Shown here piece after piece: positions 58,601 to 64,000 of a DNA stretch of 64,000 nt. A model generated the notes under the pieces. It was given only the letters and a program-made list of their open reading frames with translations, searched no databases and was not told the origin of the DNA. Source of the DNA: Nemertoderma westbladi. Taxonomy: Eukaryota > Animalia > Xenacoelomorpha. The position numbers and the translations under genes are program-made. The DNA lies in the NCBI GenBank assembly GCA_032718475.1, contig JAUCBJ010004579.1, positions 21,527 through 85,526 of the forward strand. The letters are read 5' to 3'. The stretch's first letter is position 1. Each line of letters opens with the position of its first letter.

Positions 58601-61600
58601 CCTTTCACCTCCCTAATTTCCTTTTCACCACCCTTATTTCCTTTTATCCTCCCTTATTTCCCTTTCACCTCCCTTATTTCCTTTTCACCTCTCTTATTTC
58701 CCTTTCACCTCCCTTATTTCCTTTTCACCTCCCTTATTTCCCTTTCACCTCCCTTATTTCCCTTTCACTTCCCTCATTTCCTTTTCACCTCTCTTATTTC
58801 CCTTTCACCTCCCTTATTTCCTTTTCACCTCCCTTATTTCCCTTTCACCTCCCTTATTTCCCTTTATCCTCCCTTATTTCCCTTTCACCTCCCTTATTTC
58901 CTTTTCACCTCTCTTATTTCCCTTTCACCTCCCTTATTTCCTTTTCACCTCCCTTATTTCCCTTTCACCTCCCTTATTTCCCTTTCACTTCCCTCATTTC
59001 CTTTTCACCTCTCTTATTTCCCTTTCACCTCCCTTATTTCCTTTTCACCTCCCTTATTTCCCTTTCACCTCCCTTATTTCCCTTTCACCTCCCTTATTTC
59101 CTTTTCACCTCCCTTATTTCCCTTTCCCCCCCCCCTTATTTCCCTTTCACCTCCCTTATTTCCCTTTATCCTCCGGCCTCCCTTATTTCCCTTTCACCTC
59201 CCTTATTTCCTTTTCACATCCCTTATTTCCCTTTCACCTCCCTTATTTCCCTTTCACTTCCCTCATTTCCTTTTCACCTCTCTTATTTCCCTTTCACCTC
59301 CCTTATTTCCCTTTCACTTCCCTCATTTCCTTTTCACCTCTCTCATTTCCCTTTCACCTCCCTTATTTCCCTTTCACCTCCCTTATTTCCTTTTCACCTC
59401 TCCTTATTTCCCTTTCACCTCCCTTATTTCCCTTTCACCTCCCTTATTTCCCTTTCCCCCCCTTATTTCCCTTTCTCCCCCCTTATTTCCCTTTCACCTC
59501 CCTTATTTCCCTTTCACTTCCCTCATTTCCTTTTCACCTCCCTTATTTCCCTTTCACCTCCCTTATTTCCTTTTCACCACCCTTATTTCCCTTTCTCCTC
59601 CCTTATTTCCCTTTCACCTCCCTTATTTCCTTTTCACCTCTCTTATTTCCCTTTCACCTCCCTTATTTCCTTTTCACCTCCCTTATTTCCCTTTCACCTC
59701 CCTTATTTCCCTTTCACTTCCCTCATTTCCTTTTCACCTCTCTTATTTCCCTTTCACCTCCCTTATTTCCTTTTCACCTCCCTTATTTCCCTTTCACCTC
59801 CCTTATTTCCCTTTATCCTCCCTTATTTCCCTTTCACCTCCCTTATTTCCTTTTCACCTCTCTTATTTCCCTTTCACCTCCCTTATTTCCTTTTCACCTC
59901 CCTTATTTCCCTTTCACCTCCCTTATTTCCCTTTCACTTCCCTCATTTCCTTTTCACCTCTCTTATTTCCCTTTCACCTCCCTTATTTCCTTTTCACCTC
60001 CCTTATTTCCCTTTCACCTCCCTTATTTCCCTTTCACCTCCCTTATTTCCTTTTCACCTCCCTTATTTCCCTTTCCCCCCCCCCTTATTTCCCTTTCACC
60101 TCCCTTATTTCCCTTTATCCTCCGGCCTCCCTTATTTCCCTTTCACCTCCCTTATTTCCTTTTCACATCCCTTATTTCCCTTTCACCTCCCTTATTTCCC
60201 TTTCACTTCCCTCATTTCCTTTTCACCTCTCTTATTTCCCTTTCACCTCCCTTATTTCCCTTTCACCTCCCTTATTTCCTTTTCACCTCCCTTATTTCCT
60301 TTTCACCTCCCTTATTTCCCTTTCACCTCCCTTATTTCCCTTTCACCTCCCTTATTTCCCTTTTCACCTCCCTTATTTCCCTTTCACCTCCCTTATTTCC
60401 CTTTCACTTCCCTCATTTCCTTTTCACCTCCCTTATTTCCTTTTCACCTCCCTTATTTCCCTTTCACCTCCCTTATTTCCCTTTTCACCTCCCTTATTTC
60501 CCTTTCACCTCCCTTATTTCCTTTTCACCTCCCTTATTTCCCTTTCACCTCCCTTATTTCCCTTTCACCTCCCTTATTTCCCTTTCCCCTCCCTTATTTC
60601 CCTTTCTCCCCCCTTATTTCCCTTTCACCTCCCTTATTTCCCTTTCACCTCCCTTATTTCCTTTCACCTCCCTATTTCCCTTTCACCTCCCTTATTTCCT
60701 TTTCACCTCCCATATTTCCCTTTCACCTCCCTTATTTCCTTTTCACCTCCCTTATTTCCCTTTCACCTCCCTTATTTCCCTTTCACCTCCCTTATTTCCC
60801 TTTCACCTCCCTTATTTCCCTTTCACCTCCCTTATTTCCCTTTTCACCTCCCTTATTTCCCTTTCCCCCCTTATTTCCCTTTCACCTCCCTTATTTCCCT
60901 TTCACCTCCCTTATTTCCTTTTCACCTCCCTTATTTCCTTTTCACCTCCCTTATTTCCCTTTCACCTCCCTTATTTCCTTTTCACCTCCCTTATTTCCCT
61001 TTATCCTCCGGCCTCCCTTATTTCCCTTTCACCTCCCTTATTTCCTTTTCACATCCCTTATTTCCCTTTCACCTCCCTTATTTCCCTTTCACCTCCCTTA
61101 TTTCCCTTTCACCTCCCTTATTTCCTTTTCACCACCCTTATTTCCCTTTCACCTCCCTTATTTCCCTTTCACCTCCCTTATTTCCGTTTCTCCCCCCTTA
61201 TTTCCCTTTCACCTCCCTTATTTCCCTTTCACTTCCCTCATTTCCTTTTCACCTCCCTTATTTCCTTTTCACCTCCCTTATTTCCCTTTCACCTCCCTTA
61301 TTTCCTTTTCACCTCCCTTATTTCCCTTTCACCTCCCTTATTTCCCTTTCACCTCCCTTATTTCCCTTTCACCTCCCTTATTTCCTTTTCACCTCCCTTA
61401 TTTCCCTTTCTCCTCCCTTATTTCCCTTTCACCTCCCTTATTTCCCTTTCACTTCCCTCATTTCCTTTTCACCTCCCTTATTTCCTTTTCACCTCCCTTA
61501 TTTCCCTTTCACCTCCCTTATTTCCTTTTCACATCCCTTATTTCCCTTTCCTCCCCTCCCTTATTTCCCTTTCACCTCCCTTATTTCCTTTTCACCTCCC

Positions 61601-64000
61601 TTATTTCCCTTTCACCTCCCTTATTTCCCTTTCACCTCCCTTATTTCCCTTTCACCTCCCTTATTTCCCTTTCACCTCCCTTATTTCCCTTTCACCTCCC
61701 TTATTTCCCTTTCACCTCCCTCATTTCCTTTTCACCTCCCTTATTTCCTTTTCACCTCCCTTATTTCCCTTTCACCTCCCTTATTTCCTTTTCACCTCCC
61801 TTATTTCCCTTTCACCTCCCTTATTTCCCTTTCACCTCCCTTATTTCCCTTTCACCTCCCTTATTTCCCTTTCACCTCCCTTATTTCCCTTTCACCTCCC
61901 TTATTTCCCTTTCTCCTCCCTTATTTCCCTTTCACCTCCCTTATTTCCCTTTCACCTCCCTTATTTCCCTTTCACCTCCCTTATTTCCTTTTCACCTCCC
62001 TTATTTCCTTTTCACCTCCCTTATTTCCCTTTCACCTCCCTTATTTCCTTTTCACCTCCCTTATTTCCCTTTCACCTCCCTTATTTCCCTTTCACCTCCC
62101 TTATTTCCTTTTCACCTCCCTTATTTCCCTTTCACCTCCCTTATTTCCCTTTCACCTCCCTTATTTCCCTTTCACCTCCCTTATTTCCCTTTCACCTCCC
62201 TTATTTCCCTTTCACCTCCCTTATTTCCCTTTCACCTCCCTTATTTCCCTTTCACCTCCCTTATTTCCCTTTCACCTCCCTTATTTCCCTTTCACCTCCC
62301 TTATTTCCCTTTCACCTCCCTTATTTCCCTTTCACCTCCCTTATTTCCCTTTCACCTCCCTTATTTCCCTTTCACCTCCCTTATTTCCTTTTCACCTCCC
62401 TTATTTCCCTTTCACCTCCCTTATTTCCCTTTTCACCTCCCTTATTTCCCTTTCACCTCCCTTATTTCCTTTTCACCTCCCTTATTTCCCTTTCACCTCC
62501 CTTATTTCCTTTTCACCTCCCTTATTTCCCTTTCACCTCCCTTATTTCCCTTTCACCTCCCTTATTTCCCTTTCACCTCCCTTATTTCCTTTTCACCTCC
62601 CTTATTTCCCTTTCACCTCCCTTATTTCCTTTTCACCTCCCTTATTTCCCTTTCACCTCCCTTATTTCCCTTTCACTTCCCTCATTTCCTTTTCACCTCT
62701 CTTATTTCCCTTTCACCTCCCTTATTTCCTTTTCACCTCCCTTATTTCCCTTTCACCTCCCTTATTTCCTTTTCACCTCCCTTATTTCCCTTTCACCTCC
62801 CTTATTTCCTTTTCACCTCCCTTATTTCCCTTTCACCTCCCTTATTTCCCTTTCACCTCCCTTATTTCCCTTTCACCTCCCTTATTTCCCTTTCACCTCC
62901 CTTATTTCCCTTTCACCTCCCTTATTTCCTTTTCACCTCCCTTATTTCCCTTTCACCTCCCTTATTTCCCTTTCACCTCCCTTATTTCCTTTTCACCTCC
63001 CTTATTTCCCTTTCACCTCCCTTATTTCCCTTTCACCTCCCTTATTTCCTTTTCACCTCCCTTATTTCCCTTTCACCTCCCTTATTTCCCTTTCACCTCC
63101 CTTATTTCCTTTTCACCTCCCTTATTTCCCTTTCACCTCCCTTATTTCCTTTTCACCTCCCTTATTTCCCTTTCACCTCCCTTATTTCCTTTTCACCTCC
63201 CTTATTTCCTTTTCACCTCCCTTATTTCCCTTTCACCTCCCTTATTTCCCTTTCACCTCCCTTATTTCCCTTTCACCTCCCTTATTTCCTTTTCACCTCC
63301 CTTATTTCCCTTTCACCTCCCTTATTTCCTTTTCACCTCCCTTATTTCCCTTTCACCTCCCTTATTTCCCTTTCACCTCCCTTATTTCCTTTTCACCTCC
63401 CTTATTTCCCTTTCACCTCCCTTATTTCCCTTTCACCTCCCTTATTTCCTTTTCACCTCCCTTATTTCCCTTTCACCTCCCTTATTTCCTTTTCACCTCC
63501 CTTATTTCCCTTTCACCTCCCTTATTTCCTTTTCACCTCCCTTATTTCCCTTTCACCTCCCTTATTTCCCTTTCACCTCCCTTATTTCCCTTTTCACCTC
63601 CCTTATTTCCCTTTCACCTCCCTTATTTCCCTTTCACCTCCCTTATTTCCCTTTCACCTCCCTTATTTCCTTTTCACCTCCCTTATTTCCCTTTCACCTC
63701 CCTTATTTCCCTTTCACCTCCCTTATTTCCTTTTCACCTCCCTTATTTCCCTTTCACCTCCCTTATTTCCCTTTCACCTCCCTTATTTCCCTTTCACCTC
63801 CCTTATTTCCTTTTCACCTCCCTTATTTCCCTTTCACCTCCCTTATTTCCCTTTCACCTCCCTTATTTCCTTTTCACCTCCCTTATTTCCCTTTCACCTC
63901 CCTTATTTCCTTTTCACCTCCCTTATTTCCCTTTCACCTCCCTTATTTCCTTTTCACCTCCCTTATTTCCCTTTCACCTCCCTTATTTCCTTTTCACCTC
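52622..64000. repeat. 20-bp polypyrimidine satellite (TTTCACCTCCCTTATTTCCY)n, >11.3 kb, running off the window
   Basis: Roughly 570 units; almost no G on the + strand; internal ~2.9-kb block duplication. Confidence 0.98.

Noticed and set aside
52622-64000. Non-canonical telomeric repeat
   Set aside because: At a right-hand chromosome end the + strand should be G-rich, but here it is C/T-rich; the missing 5' MAT exons should also lie beyond the array.

Overview
AT-rich animal (invertebrate-like) nuclear DNA dominated by nested transposable elements and young satellites. From left to right: (1) a Crypton-type tyrosine-recombinase element with a 136-bp terminal hairpin; (2) a full-length BEL/Pao LTR retrotransposon (461-bp LTRs, CCCAT TSD) with no tRNA PBS, an apparent self-priming signal and a poly(A)-tailed CRE-like insert in its integrase; (3) tRNA-derived SINEs and LINE scraps; (4) a single-exon class A GPCR split by a Troyka-like LTR element (CG..CG termini, 3-bp TSD); (5) a decayed CRE-like retrotransposon with an upstream Ulp1 protease domain; (6) several RTE-like LINE copies; (7) the last five coding exons of an S-adenosylmethionine synthetase (MAT) gene on the minus strand. 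One MAT intron holds a 57-bp satellite derived from a LINE endonuclease motif. A >11 kb 20-bp polypyrimidine satellite lies upstream of the first visible exon and is probably also intronic. A 1.46-kb MAT segment is duplicated downstream between two copies of a 34-bp minisatellite. The long ORFs over satellites are artefacts. All family calls come from motif recognition by eye; no database searches were run.
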